A stretch of DNA of 63,982 nt, filler included, from Limisphaerales bacterium (lineage in GTDB: Bacteria > Verrucomicrobiota > Verrucomicrobiia > Limisphaerales > SIBE01): assembly GCA_044225505.1 (NCBI GenBank). It is 3 parts of 3 records of this genome, joined end to end, with 100 filler letters (N's around TTAATTAATTAA, not from the genome) between each part and the next. Parts side by side here need not be neighbours in the genome. Positions count along the whole stretch, not along the records: positions 25,857 to 49,428 come from JBGAIN010000132.1; 2 more parts are not named here. The stretch is one strand, 5' to 3'. The notes under the pieces were generated by a model, which did no database searches, was not told the origin of the DNA, and worked only from the letters and a program-made list of their open reading frames with translations. Position 1 is the first letter of the stretch, and each line of letters opens with the position of its first letter. Made by a program: the position numbers and the translations under genes. Positions 31,844 through 42,128 of the stretch are shown here, in pieces.

Positions 31844-32314
31844 TCACCCTTTCAAGAAACTCTTCAGCATCCAAATGGTCTTCTGGTGCAGGGTGACTCG
31901 ACCGATCATTAGATCTTCACTCTCCGGGTCGTTCGCTTCGCCAGCTAAGTCCCGGGCGCGTTCCGCATCGGTCACGAGCTTTTCGTTGGCTTGGATCAGC
32001 ATTCGCACATAGTCCTCTTGGCTGAGCGGGGCCATAAACTCCTTCATTTGGGCGGTTTGGGCGAGTTTCCCTAAACCGCCAATCGCATAAGAGCCCAACG
32101 CACGGACGCGTTCCGCGATTTCGTCAGCGGCCGTGAACAACTCTTCATATTGCGTTTGGAAAGCGGTGTGCAGCGCGAAAAAGCCGGGGCCTTCGACATT
32201 CCAATGGGCCAAATGCGTCAGAGACATAAGTGCATAGGAATCGGCCAGCACTTGATTCAGGCTTTGCGCGAGCGTTGCTTGAGTCTTTTCCTTAACAGCT
32301 TTGGTGGTTTTCAT
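31844..32314 (-). CDS. dps: DNA starvation/stationary phase protection protein Dps
   Basis: HWNVEGPGFFALH, DEIAER, KTIWML. Confidence 0.95.
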   Translation of the reverse strand: MKTTKAVKEKTQATLAQSLNQVLADSYALMSLTHLAHWNVEGPGFFALHTAFQTQYEELFTAADEIAERVRALGSYAIGGLGKLAQTAQMKEFMAPLSQEDYVRMLIQANEKLVTDAERARDLAGEANDPESEDLMIGRVTLHQKTIWMLKSFLKG

Positions 32315-32440
32315 AGGATCGTATAACGTCTGCCTCGTAATAACGGATTATTCCCTGAACTTCAACGCTGGCCTCGCGCTTGGTCCGCTTTCTGAACGGT
32401 CCGAGCCTCCACCGTCCCAAGAGTAACTGGGATTCGAAAG

Positions 32441-33484
32441 TTACGGGTAAACCAGCAAGTCCATCAAACTGATGCCGGCATTCGTTAACTCCCAACGCCC
32501 GCGGATCCGCGCCACTAATTTCCGGCAGGGATGATCTTGCTCCTCGCCCTCGTTCACCGAAAGCAGTTGATACTTCGGTCCCGAGCCAATCTCCGAGGGT
32601 GCGCGAGGAACCAGCTGGAACGGAACGCCGTTGTAGTTAAGCGCGATTTCGTAAGCCGCAGCACCCTCCCGCTCCGCAACCGGATTCCGACGGATCAACG
32701 AGGTATACCTTCGGAGCCAAGGAAAGTTCGCACTGCGCACGAGCACACGGCATAGCTCCGCTTGCTCACGAACAAAACGCAAGAGACTGAATTCCGCCCC
32801 TTGCGACTGCTGAGTGAGCAGCAGCAACCTCGGATCCAAGCCCAATAAATTCAGCCCGTTCCACGCGCCGTGGTCGTTGCGTTGCCCCGGGAAGGTCGAT
32901 CGGTACCACGCTGGGAATCGTTCATTGACCAGGAGGTCCAGCTCGAAATGGACGTGCGCACGGTCTTTGCTGATTCCTTGCTGCGTGTTTGCGGTGTGCC
33001 CCATCGTAGCGACGACTTCGCCCGCTTTTACCGTATCGCCCACTCGCAGCCCCGCGCGCACCTGGCTAAGATGCGCGTAGAGTGAATAAATTTCGAGGCC
33101 TTCAATACGGTGGCGAAGAATTAGATACTTTCCGTAATTGGAGAGGCCCGCGCGCGTGTTGATATAGGAGACCGTTCCATCGGCCGTGGCCATGATCGGG
33201 TCTAGAGGTTCCCCGCGTCGGTCCCGTTGGATAGCCTTGATGTCGAGACCTTCATGCATCTGATGGCCGTCGCTCCGAACGCAGCCAAAGCGGCCGCTTG
33301 TATAAGGCTTGCCAACAGTCCCCACCAGGAATCGCTCCTCTCCCCCAGGCTCGAATAGCGCGCGATTGGCCGTCGGCAATCGAAAGGTCTCCGCGTTGAG
33401 CAGTTGAGTTCCGCTGGCAACGACGAAACCAAGCAACAACACTTTGACCGTGATTGGCAGCGCTTGATTAGATGGAATGCGCAT
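32441..33484 (-). CDS. M23 family metallopeptidase
   Basis: HEGLD, LYAHL and HVHF motifs; signal peptide. Confidence 0.9.
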   Translation of the reverse strand: MRIPSNQALPITVKVLLLGFVVASGTQLLNAETFRLPTANRALFEPGGEERFLVGTVGKPYTSGRFGCVRSDGHQMHEGLDIKAIQRDRRGEPLDPIMATADGTVSYINTRAGLSNYGKYLILRHRIEGLEIYSLYAHLSQVRAGLRVGDTVKAGEVVATMGHTANTQQGISKDRAHVHFELDLLVNERFPAWYRSTFPGQRNDHGAWNGLNLLGLDPRLLLLTQQSQGAEFSLLRFVREQAELCRVLVRSANFPWLRRYTSLIRRNPVAEREGAAAYEIALNYNGVPFQLVPRAPSEIGSGPKYQLLSVNEGEEQDHPCRKLVARIRGRWELTNAGISLMDLLVYP

Positions 33485-33739
33485 GATGTCAGAGCTGAGT
33501 CGTCATCGAAATTGGGAAAACCTCGTCACTGTCAGAAACGGGCTCAAAGCGATCACGTCTCGGACCAGACAGAAAGCCTGGACCGCCGTACTCGCCGAGA
33601 CTCCAAACCGGTGCGCACAGAACTATTCGACACGCTGAGAATGGCGGCTCAAACAGCGGCGTTGGCAGGAATTGGGCCACACATGTAAGCCCGCTGGGAC
33701 ACAGAGCTGCGCCGCGGCATCGATAGAGGCTCGCTCTTT

Positions 33740-34267
33740 TCAAAAGCCGCTCGTCTTCTTCTTGATCTTAGCGACCAGATTGTTCAAGCCGCGAACGATC
33801 CGTTCCGATTCCTCTCGGGTCGCATCAGGCGTGAAGACGAACAAACCGTTGCTAATCCGCCTGGTGATCAACGGTGCAGCCAGCCAGCGGGATTCGCCAA
33901 AATCACTCCGCGCAACCAAGCGTTGGCCCTTGTGCGCGACGGTTGCTCCTTCCAAAACGAGAGCGCCATGCCCATTAAATTGGACTTGAATCGCGTAGCC
34001 CCCTGGCATGTCGACGACCGACGCGGAATCGACATCTCCTTCGTTTAGGAATGGCTCGCGCTCTACATTCACGTAGACTGGGCTTTGCCGATAAACGGCC
34101 ACTCCGCTCCGTTGGTTGCTTCCCCCTTCTCTGGGCCCTTCTAAATAAAGACGGAATGTCGATGCTTCTTTGGCGTGCTGACGTTCCTCTGTGGTTTTAC
34201 ACCCGACCCACCACAAGGTTGTGATCAGCAGCAAATAGAGATTGATGCGAACGAGTCGGACCTTCAT
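33740..34267 (-). CDS. Lipoprotein with SecDF P1 head-like domain
   Basis: WVG|C lipobox; IQVQFNGHGA...T..HKGQRL...LAAPLI..RISNG. Confidence 0.7.
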   Translation of the reverse strand: MKVRLVRINLYLLLITTLWWVGCKTTEERQHAKEASTFRLYLEGPREGGSNQRSGVAVYRQSPVYVNVEREPFLNEGDVDSASVVDMPGGYAIQVQFNGHGALVLEGATVAHKGQRLVARSDFGESRWLAAPLITRRISNGLFVFTPDATREESERIVRGLNNLVAKIKKKTSGF

Positions 34268-34312
34268 ATTTGCCCGCTACCAAACCCAATCGGGTAAGTA
34301 AAGTAAAGCGAT

Positions 34313-34432
34313 ATGAGCAAACAGTATAATAAAGCCGAAAAACGTCAGCGCCGCACCCGTTACCTGAAACGAAAACGCGACAAGGCAAAATCCAAGCCGG
34401 CCAGCGGCGCGAAATCGTCCGCCGCGAGTTAA
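34313..34432 (+). CDS. 39-aa highly basic small protein (below the ORF-track cutoff)
   Basis: MSKQYNKAEKRQRRTRYLKRKRDKAKSKPASGAKSSAAS*, preceded by an A-rich leader. Confidence 0.6.
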   Translation: MSKQYNKAEKRQRRTRYLKRKRDKAKSKPASGAKSSAAS

Positions 34433-35001
34433 GTCGCCTGGAAGGGCGGTGGCCCAGCCGCAACCCCGGTCCTGTCAACTTCATTTCCCGGGTTGGGCTC
34501 CGTTCGAACTTCGGCGTCTTTCGCCCGTTTTTGACGCGCTGCTCTGGCACGATCACCGCCGAGCGCGCGCTGTCATCGGTAATTTCGGGTGATCACTGGG
34601 CGTCCCAAACCCAATCGAGGTTGTCGAGGTCGTTGGCTGGAGGCGATGGCTGCAGCTGATCTAGATCCCCGCGGACAGGGCTGTCCCGAGCGTTATTCCT
34701 TGACCCCCAGCTCGCTCCTTGGTTTGGATGGAGGCCAAGCCCGTCATCTAGACCTCCCCCTGGGTCCACGCGTCGAAGCAGCGTCAGACGGTGAATCTGC
34801 GCTAGCATCCCGTCGAACGGACCGACTCTTCAGGCTGTCTGATTTGAATCGTGGCAGAAAGGCCTGGGAAGGGGCTCCCACGGTAGGGCAAGAACGAAAG
34901 CAACTCTGCTTATGGTGAATCGAAAAAAGGCTTGCGATCCTGTAACAGAGAGCCCCATATGAGTCGAGTTAACCAGAGTTTTTCACCGCAAGATTCGAAT
35001 T

Positions 35002-35985
35002 ATGGGTGGCATTTATAACAACATTGTCGAAACAGTGGGACGCACCCCGTTGGTGCGATTGAACAAGGTGACCGCGGGTCTGGACGCGACCGTCCTGCTC
35101 AAGTGCGAATTCTTTAATCCGCTAGGAAGCGTGAAGGACCGAATCGGCATGGCCATGATCGCAGACGCAGAACAGCGCGGTTTGATCGACACGAACACGA
35201 CGATTATCGAGCCGACCAGCGGGAACACGGGAATTGCGCTAGCCTTTGTCGCGGCAGCCAAAGGTTATAAGTTGATCCTCACCATGCCGGAGACGATGTC
35301 CCTGGAACGGCGAACACTCCTGGCCATGTTGGGCGCCAAACTCGTGCTGACGCCCGGAACCGAAGGGATGCGCGGCGCGATCGCCCGAGCTGAGCAATTA
35401 GCCAAAGACATTCCAAACTCTTGGATTCCGCAACAATTTGAAAACCCAGCCAATCCTGACATTCATCGGAAGACAACAGCAGAGGAGATTTGGCAGGACA
35501 CAGATGGGAAGGTCGACATTCTCGTCGCCGCGGTCGGGACGGGGGGCACGATCACTGGCTGTTACGAAGTGATCAAGGGACGCCGCCCGTCCTTCCAGGC
35601 CATTGCGGTAGAACCGAAAGATTCCCCGGTTATTTCACAGACTCTGGCAGGGCAACCGGTTAAGCCTGGTCCGCATAAGATCCAGGGGACGGGGGCTGGA
35701 TTTGTGCCTCGAAACCTTCGGCTCAAAGATGAAAAGGGTAATCCTCAGATCACTGAGTGTGTCCAGGTGACGAACGACGATGCATTCGCGATGGCACGGC
35801 GTTTGGCCAAGGAGGAAGGGATCCTCGTGGGCATTTCATCCGGGGCCAATGTCTGGGCAGCTATTGAAATTGCGAAACGCCCGGCCAATCGTGGAAAAAT
35901 GATTGTGACCGTCGCTTGCTCAACGGGAGAACGCTATTTGAGCACGCCACTCGCCGCGGAAGCGAAGGCAGAAGTGGGCGGCTAG
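35002..35985 (+). CDS. cysK: Cysteine synthase A
   Basis: [34 protein letters not shown]. Confidence 0.96.
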   Translation: MGGIYNNIVETVGRTPLVRLNKVTAGLDATVLLKCEFFNPLGSVKDRIGMAMIADAEQRGLIDTNTTIIEPTSGNTGIALAFVAAAKGYKLILTMPETMSLERRTLLAMLGAKLVLTPGTEGMRGAIARAEQLAKDIPNSWIPQQFENPANPDIHRKTTAEEIWQDTDGKVDILVAAVGTGGTITGCYEVIKGRRPSFQAIAVEPKDSPVISQTLAGQPVKPGPHKIQGTGAGFVPRNLRLKDEKGNPQITECVQVTNDDAFAMARRLAKEEGILVGISSGANVWAAIEIAKRPANRGKMIVTVACSTGERYLSTPLAAEAKAEVGG

Positions 35986-36046
35986 GTTCAACAGCGATGG
36001 GTCCGGCGGGTTAAAAACCGGCGAGGGAAGTCGGTTGAATTTCAGC

Positions 36047-36080
36047 GGCTCTGCTTGTCTTTTTGAAGCTGGGCAGAGCC
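36047..36080. terminator. Stem-loop after cysK
   Basis: GGCTCTGC...GCAGAGCC inverted repeat; no clear U-tract. Confidence 0.3.
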
Positions 36081-36305
36081 CGGGGGAGTTCCGATTGAGC
36101 TTAAATTAGGCGAGGCACGATTTGTGAAAATAATAGTTGCGCGCCTGCAGTTTCAGCCGTAATAGATAAAAGTCACAGGTCTAACTGACTGTGCCCAACG
36201 ATTAAGTCGTAGCTTTTCGGGTCAGCGGTTCTCCCTAATTCAAATTCAGTTTGGAATCATACACAGGGCTTAAGCCTTGGGAAACATACTTCGGAGAGAA
36301 GAAAC

Positions 36306-37439
36306 GTGAAGAACATGAGCGCAGGCAGTAGCACCGGGACGGATTTTGGATCTGGGTATCTGGAAATTTCCGAAAAGGGGTTTGGTTTCTTGCGATCGAA
36401 GGACAACCATTTTCAACCGAAACCGACCGACATTTTCGTCACGCCTGACACGATCAAGAAGAACTTTCTCCGCGAAGGTTGTCTGGTTGGCGGCCCGACT
36501 CAACCTCCGCACCGAGGCACGAGCCCGCAACTGCGTGAAGTTGAGATGGTGAATGAAATGCCCTTTTCGCAGTACACCAAAGCCGTCCGTTTTGAAAACC
36601 TCACAACCATTGATCCGTTCGAGAAATTTGCTCTGGAAACAACGCCGGAACTAATCGAAACCCGGATTATCGATTTAGTCACTCCGATCGGCAAGGGAAC
36701 ACGTGGCTTGATCGTCGCCCCTCCGCGAACGGGCAAGACGACGATTTTAAAGCAGATCGCTAATGCGGTAACAGCGAATCATCCAGAAGTTCATGTGATG
36801 GTGTTGCTGATTGATGAACGTCCGGAGGAGGTCACAGATTTTCAGCGGTCCGTAAAAGCCGAAGTGGTTGCTTCTTCGAACGATCAGGATTTGGAGACGC
36901 ACGTGCGCCTTTCCCGGTTCATGATCGAACGTTGCCGACGCATGGTCGAGTCCGGCCGAGATGTCTTTGTCCTGCTCGATTCGATTACACGCGTCGCCCG
37001 GGCTTACAACAGTGTGCATGGCGGCAGCGGAAGGACTATGACGGGCGGCGTCGACGCGCGTGCTTTGGAGATTCCTCGTAAGATGTTCGCTTCGGCTCGA
37101 AAAATCGAGGAAGGAGGGTCCCTGACGATCATTGCGACAGCCTTGGTCGATACGGGTTCGCGAATGGACGAATTGATTTTCCAGGAGTTTAAAGGAACGG
37201 GAAATATGGAGTTGATCCTGGAGCGTAAACTAGCCGACCGGAGACTCTTTCCTTCCATTGATATTCCGAAGAGTGGGACTCGGAAAGAAGAGAAGCTGTT
37301 TGCAGGCAAACATCTCGAAGCCATTCGGAAATTGCGTCGAACGATGGTGGATCTGAACCCCGTGGAAGCGATGGAGACACTGATCGCCGCGCTGAAGAAG
37401 CACAAAACGAACGACGAACTGCTCTCGAAGCTCGTCTAG
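36306..37439 (+). CDS. rho: Transcription termination factor Rho (short form)
   Basis: GFGFLR, APPRTGKT, LIDERPEEVTD, LDSITR, FKGTGNME, SGTRKEE. Confidence 0.96.
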   Translation: MKNMSAGSSTGTDFGSGYLEISEKGFGFLRSKDNHFQPKPTDIFVTPDTIKKNFLREGCLVGGPTQPPHRGTSPQLREVEMVNEMPFSQYTKAVRFENLTTIDPFEKFALETTPELIETRIIDLVTPIGKGTRGLIVAPPRTGKTTILKQIANAVTANHPEVHVMVLLIDERPEEVTDFQRSVKAEVVASSNDQDLETHVRLSRFMIERCRRMVESGRDVFVLLDSITRVARAYNSVHGGSGRTMTGGVDARALEIPRKMFASARKIEEGGSLTIIATALVDTGSRMDELIFQEFKGTGNMELILERKLADRRLFPSIDIPKSGTRKEEKLFAGKHLEAIRKLRRTMVDLNPVEAMETLIAALKKHKTNDELLSKLV

Positions 37440-37536
37440 GCACGTCCGGTCGCCTCTTCCAGAGATGGCTCGCGGGACGAGGCTTTGGTAAGCTCGGGGG
37501 AGCGGTGTGTCAGCGGTGGACGCTGCTCTCTATTTT

Positions 37537-38553
37537 ATGCCTCCCAAAGCACCGCCGGATCGACTCTCTCGCCCCCCTGTTGAGCGGATGCTCCGCATCC
37601 ATCAAGCGATCCAAGCAGGAACGTTTCCGACCGCCACTCGCCTTGCTCGCGAACTGGAAGTTTCTGCCAAATCGATCTACCGCGACCTCGAGTTTATGCG
37701 GGATCGACTTGAGTTGCCATTGGAGTACGACAGCAAACGGGGTGGGTTCACTTATACCGAAGAAGTCAGTTCGTTTCCCACGCTGCAAATTACGGAAGGC
37801 GAGCTGGTTGCTCTGCTCATCGCAGAAAAGGCTCTCCAGCAATACCGCGGAACTTCGTTCGAAAGGCCGCTGGTGAGCGCGTTCCGGAAGATGGCGGCCT
37901 CGCTTCCTGAGACCATCTCGTTGAATCTCGAAGATTGGGAACAAACGATTTCCTTCCGAACCAGTGCCGAGTCGATCTTGGATTTGAGCGTGTTCGACAC
38001 GCTTGCCAAAGCCACTGCCCAACGACAACAGCTGCTCCTGACTTACCGAAAACCGTCGCGCCAGGACGCGGAGGAACGTAAAGTGGATCCTTACCATTTG
38101 GCCAACATCAACGGCGAATGGTTTCTGTTTGCCTATTGCCACTTGAGGAAAGACGTCCGCACGTTTGTCCCAAGCCGCATTCAAGCGATCGCTCCGACCG
38201 GGGAAAAATTCATGCGCCCTGAAGGATTCTCCTTAAAACGTCGGCTCCGCGACAGTTTTGGGGTCCATTCGGGCCAAGGCCAATTTGACATCCGGCTGCG
38301 ATTCGCCGAGACAGTCGCTGATTATATTCGAGAGAAGAAGTGGCACCCCTCGCAAAGTCTGCAGGAGTTCCCGGACGGTAGCTTAGAGCTTTCACTCAGA
38401 CTCTCCAGTCTGGTGGAGATTCAAAGATGGGTTCTGGGATGGGGCGGGTTTGCGACGGTCTTGCATCCCCCTGAACTAGCGGCCGCTGTCGCGGAGGCGG
38501 CGCGACGCATTCTGGACGGGAGTCAAATGACGGCAAAGCGGTCAATAGACTAA
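37537..38553 (+). CDS. HTH-WYL-WCX transcriptional regulator (PafB/PafC-like)
   Basis: LARELEVSAKSIYRDLEFM (wHTH), RKVDPYHL, GEWFLFAYC, RTFVPSRI, WHPSQ, VLHPPEL. Confidence 0.92.
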   Translation: MPPKAPPDRLSRPPVERMLRIHQAIQAGTFPTATRLARELEVSAKSIYRDLEFMRDRLELPLEYDSKRGGFTYTEEVSSFPTLQITEGELVALLIAEKALQQYRGTSFERPLVSAFRKMAASLPETISLNLEDWEQTISFRTSAESILDLSVFDTLAKATAQRQQLLLTYRKPSRQDAEERKVDPYHLANINGEWFLFAYCHLRKDVRTFVPSRIQAIAPTGEKFMRPEGFSLKRRLRDSFGVHSGQGQFDIRLRFAETVADYIREKKWHPSQSLQEFPDGSLELSLRLSSLVEIQRWVLGWGGFATVLHPPELAAAVAEAARRILDGSQMTAKRSID

Positions 38554-38610
38554 GCCGGGGGTTTCCATCGCCGACATTTGCAAAAGTTTCGTCGCGAGTT
38601 AACTTCCTCC

Positions 38611-40323
38611 ATGGCCGAGCCGAAAAAGAAGTCGATACCAACCGCGGGCATCAACAAAAGTTCGGTTGGTGCATCGGATAGCCAGTCGCCTTTGAGCGAC
38701 CTCCTTTCGCGTGAAGAGTTGGATACCCTCTCCACGCTGCAACTGGTCGATTTAATCGTCAGTAAATTACCTCCGAGACACCCCTCGATCCTCGACATCG
38801 TCTACCTGCGCGAACGCATCGCAAGCATGGAAGAGATGAATTTCCAAGCCCAGGAAGCACTGTCCAAACTAGACGCGATTGTCGAAAAACTGCGCTCTCC
38901 CGCATTTCGAGTCGGCACGTTTATCATGCCAGTGGAGCCGGATAAGGCTCATGTTTGCACTGGCGGCAGCGACTATGTCTGCCGAGTCGATCCGCAGATT
39001 CCGTTATCGAGCCTTCAAGTCGGCCAGCGAGTGTTGTGCAACGAAGCGTTTGCTGTCGTGCAAGCACTGGGCTTTGACCGGAATGGCCCTATCGTCCGTA
39101 TCGATGAACTGCTCTCAGACGGCCGGTTACGAATTGGGCAGGAGAGCGGGTTAATGTCACTCGTGCTGCTGCGGTCAGCGCTTCTTGCGAAGGAGAAACT
39201 CAAGCCGGGCTTGGAAGTGCGTTTAGACGTCAACCAACGGGTCGCTTTGGAAGTGGTGGGAATGGGCAAACGGGTAGACCGCTCATTAGAGACTGTTTCC
39301 CAACTACCTTGGTCATCGATCGGCGGGCAGGATGCCGCTGTTCAGGCGATTCGTGACACGATCGAGATGCCATTCTTGCACAAGGACCTTTTTAAGCGCT
39401 TTCAACACAATGTCCCGAAGGGGTTTCTGCTTTATGGGCCCCCCGGCTGTGGCAAGACCTTGTTAGGGAAAGCGACCGCCTACAATCTTCGTCAGCAGAT
39501 CAAGCACGAAACTGGGGTTGATCATCCGGAGTTCTTCCTTCATGTGAAGGGGCCGGAGATTTTGAACATGTGGGTCGGTGAATCTGAACGTCAGGTGCGC
39601 GATCTGTTCACTCAATGCCGAGAGCGCGCCAGCGATGGCGCCCTGGCCTTTCTTTTCATCGACGAAGCCGAGTCAATACTCGGAACCCGCCGCGCCGGGC
39701 GTCACCACAGCATTTTGAGCACGTTAGTTCCAATGTTCTGCACAGAAATGGACGGGATCGAACCCCTCCAAAACGTCGTTGTCATTCTTGCGTCCAACCG
39801 GGCGGACTTGATTGATCCGGCAATCCTTCGTCCAGGGCGTATCGATCGCAAAATCAAAGTAAATCGTCCCGACCGGGCAGGCGTACAGCGGATTTTTGAG
39901 ATTTATCTCCCGGATACCTTGCCTTTGGCCGAGCCCAAGGCGGAGTTGGCAGCGGCAGTCACGGAAGCGCAGTTTGCCCGGACGCCTGACAATCAGTTTC
40001 TCGAGGTCGTCTATCGCAGCGGGAAAAAGGATCTCCTCTACCGCGGGGACTTAGCCAGCGGAGCCATCATCGCCGCCATTGTGGAGCGAGGCAAGAGCCT
40101 AGCCATCAAGCGCTCAATTCAAACCCAACAAGAGACGGTGTTGACTCGCGACGATCTCATCCAAGCGATGCGCGCCGAGTTTTCGGAGAACGACTTGTTC
40201 CCGACCACTGATATCACCGAGGATTGGATGAAGTTGACCGATTTCGATCCGGACAACGTGATTCGACTTGGGCCAATTCGGCCGCGCAAGTCTGAGTCAG
40301 GTGGCGGAGGAGGCATCGTCTGA
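38611..40323 (+). CDS. arc: Proteasome-associated AAA ATPase ARC/Mpa
   Basis: Coiled coil ending LRSP, tandem OB region, GPPGCGKT, KGPEILNMWVGESE, FIDEAES, ASNRADLIDPAILRPGRID. Confidence 0.93.
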   Translation: MAEPKKKSIPTAGINKSSVGASDSQSPLSDLLSREELDTLSTLQLVDLIVSKLPPRHPSILDIVYLRERIASMEEMNFQAQEALSKLDAIVEKLRSPAFRVGTFIMPVEPDKAHVCTGGSDYVCRVDPQIPLSSLQVGQRVLCNEAFAVVQALGFDRNGPIVRIDELLSDGRLRIGQESGLMSLVLLRSALLAKEKLKPGLEVRLDVNQRVALEVVGMGKRVDRSLETVSQLPWSSIGGQDAAVQAIRDTIEMPFLHKDLFKRFQHNVPKGFLLYGPPGCGKTLLGKATAYNLRQQIKHETGVDHPEFFLHVKGPEILNMWVGESERQVRDLFTQCRERASDGALAFLFIDEAESILGTRRAGRHHSILSTLVPMFCTEMDGIEPLQNVVVILASNRADLIDPAILRPGRIDRKIKVNRPDRAGVQRIFEIYLPDTLPLAEPKAELAAAVTEAQFARTPDNQFLEVVYRSGKKDLLYRGDLASGAIIAAIVERGKSLAIKRSIQTQQETVLTRDDLIQAMRAEFSENDLFPTTDITEDWMKLTDFDPDNVIRLGPIRPRKSESGGGGGIV

Positions 40324-40408
40324 ATCGGAACTCGCACTCGATTTCAGGGGCGCCCTTTTCTCACCTCCAACATGCCTCGTCACTAGAGCTATCAAGCCAA
40401 CCCCATTA

Positions 40409-41944
40409 ATGCCGGGACCTCCTGTGATATCGCCGATTATCCAATTCGGACTCGAAACCGAGTTTGGAATATCACGTGACGGCAGCGATGATGTCGACGT
40501 CGTGGCCGAATCCATCGCACTCGTAAGGAGCGCCACGGAACCTGGCGTTTGGATGTGCTGGGATTATGACAGCGAGGATCCGCACGCGGATATGCGAGGA
40601 TTCCGCGTCAGTCAACTGCGTCAGGACTCGGACGAATCCAACTATTTCGCCCAGGATGCGGAGCGCGAATTGAGCTTTGTGGAAATCAAAAGCGACCTCG
40701 TTTTGGGGAACGGAGCACGCTTCTACAATGACCATGCGCACCCAGAGTATTGCACTCCGGAATGTCATTCGGCGCACGATTTGGTTTTGCACGACCGTGC
40801 GGGTGAACGGATTCTGATGGCCTGCGCGCAGCATCTTTCCGAACAACGCCAAACCAAGGTTCGAATTTACAAGAACAACACCGACTTCTTCGGACACAGT
40901 TACGGATGCCACGAAAACTACCTTTTGCCACGATCGCTGCCTTGGGAGCCGCTAGCTCAAGGAATGCAGGCATTCCTGATCACTCGCCAAATCGTGGCTG
41001 GAGCTGGGAAGTTCGCGATCGAATCAGAAGACAAATTTGTTTCGGAAGGGTTTCAACTTTCACAGCGAAGCGACTTTTTCAGCGAATTGCAGAGCGTCGA
41101 CACGATGCAGCGTCGGCCGATTATAAATACACGGGACGAACCGCACGCGAACCCGAAGTTATACAGGCGATTTCACGTTATTTTGGGCGACGCGAACATG
41201 TCGCCGTTCGCCACATGGTTGAAAGTCGGCACGACGGCATTGACTTTGGAAGCGCTCGTGCGAGACCCAAAGCGGGTCCTCCCGAAAGTGGCTGACCCGC
41301 TCCTCGCGTTACAGGAGATTTCTCGGGACGTAAAGTTCCGCTGGAACGTGAAATTGGATGGCGATGTTAACACGACGGCTTTAGCAATCCAGCGCACTTA
41401 CCTGCAAGCAGTCCGCGAGCTCTGTGACTTAAGCAATGTTGAAAAAGCGCAACTCGTTCAAGAGTGGGAAACGGTTTTAAACGATCTTGAGACGGATTAC
41501 CTGCGATGTCGGGATCGCTTGGATTGGGTAGCAAAGTTAGCGTTGATTCGCGAATTCCAGGAAGCACAGAACTTGTCGCACGATGATCCATGGCTACGCA
41601 GTTTTGACTTGGAGTACCATCGGCTGGATTTTACAGAAGGCTTATATTATGGCTTGGAGCAGTCCGGGGTGATGCGCGGCGTGCCAAGCGAAGCAGCGGT
41701 TCGGGACGCCATTAAGCACCCTCCAACCTCACGTGCCTATGTGCGTGGCAAGTGCATCCAAAAGTTTGCGAACTATGTTACTTCCGCCCAGTGGGATCAC
41801 ATCACCCTTCAAGGTAGCACAGGGCCGATTAAGATTTCTTTGCTAGATTTGTTCGCACCCGAGGAGATCGTGCGCTATGCTAAGATTATCAATGCCGCTC
41901 GTTCACCAGATGATTTGCGAACCCTGCCGAACGTGGCAACTTAA
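40409..41944 (+). CDS. dop: Dop-like deamidase/deconjugase
   Basis: GLETEFGI, Dop loop WDYDSEDPHADMRGF, NGARFYNDHAHPEY, YKNNTD, GCHENY, NTRDEPHA. Confidence 0.9.
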   Translation: MPGPPVISPIIQFGLETEFGISRDGSDDVDVVAESIALVRSATEPGVWMCWDYDSEDPHADMRGFRVSQLRQDSDESNYFAQDAERELSFVEIKSDLVLGNGARFYNDHAHPEYCTPECHSAHDLVLHDRAGERILMACAQHLSEQRQTKVRIYKNNTDFFGHSYGCHENYLLPRSLPWEPLAQGMQAFLITRQIVAGAGKFAIESEDKFVSEGFQLSQRSDFFSELQSVDTMQRRPIINTRDEPHANPKLYRRFHVILGDANMSPFATWLKVGTTALTLEALVRDPKRVLPKVADPLLALQEISRDVKFRWNVKLDGDVNTTALAIQRTYLQAVRELCDLSNVEKAQLVQEWETVLNDLETDYLRCRDRLDWVAKLALIREFQEAQNLSHDDPWLRSFDLEYHRLDFTEGLYYGLEQSGVMRGVPSEAAVRDAIKHPPTSRAYVRGKCIQKFANYVTSAQWDHITLQGSTGPIKISLLDLFAPEEIVRYAKIINAARSPDDLRTLPNVAT

Positions 41945-41957
41945 CACCGTAACCATT

Positions 41958-42128
41958 ATGCCAGACCAAGCTCAGAAGCAACGGCCGCTCACGCCGGGAC
42001 CAAGCGGTGGCGGAGATGGCCCATCCTCTCCCAAAGTCGATAAACCGAACGTCGAAGAGCTGATGAAGCGCATGCGTAAGGTCGATCCGGATCAAGCCAA
42101 ACGTTACCGGCAGCGCACCGGCCAATGA
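41958..42128 (+). CDS. ubact: Ubiquitin-like modifier UBact (Pup analog)
   Basis: 56 aa with a disordered N-terminus, ending YRQRTGQ (R[T/S]G[E/Q]); sits between dop and prcB. Confidence 0.92.
   Translation: MPDQAQKQRPLTPGPSGGGDGPSSPKVDKPNVEELMKRMRKVDPDQAKRYRQRTGQ

Noticed and set aside
34433..35001. Possible ncRNA (SRP or 6S) or small ORF 34593..34808 upstream of cysK
   Set aside because: No diagnostic motif found; hairpins are unremarkable at this GC content.
38571..38576. CCGACA (reverse complement of TGTCGG, the mycobacterial PafBC motif) before arc, and TGTCAG at 37508
   Set aside because: Wrong orientation or missing the correctly spaced TA-N3-T; a 6-mer is expected by chance.
41958..42128. 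Calling the modifier Pup, or the contig actinobacterial
   Set aside because: It lacks Pup's FV..YVQKGG(E/Q) end, and the flanking genes fit a PVC-lineage diderm.
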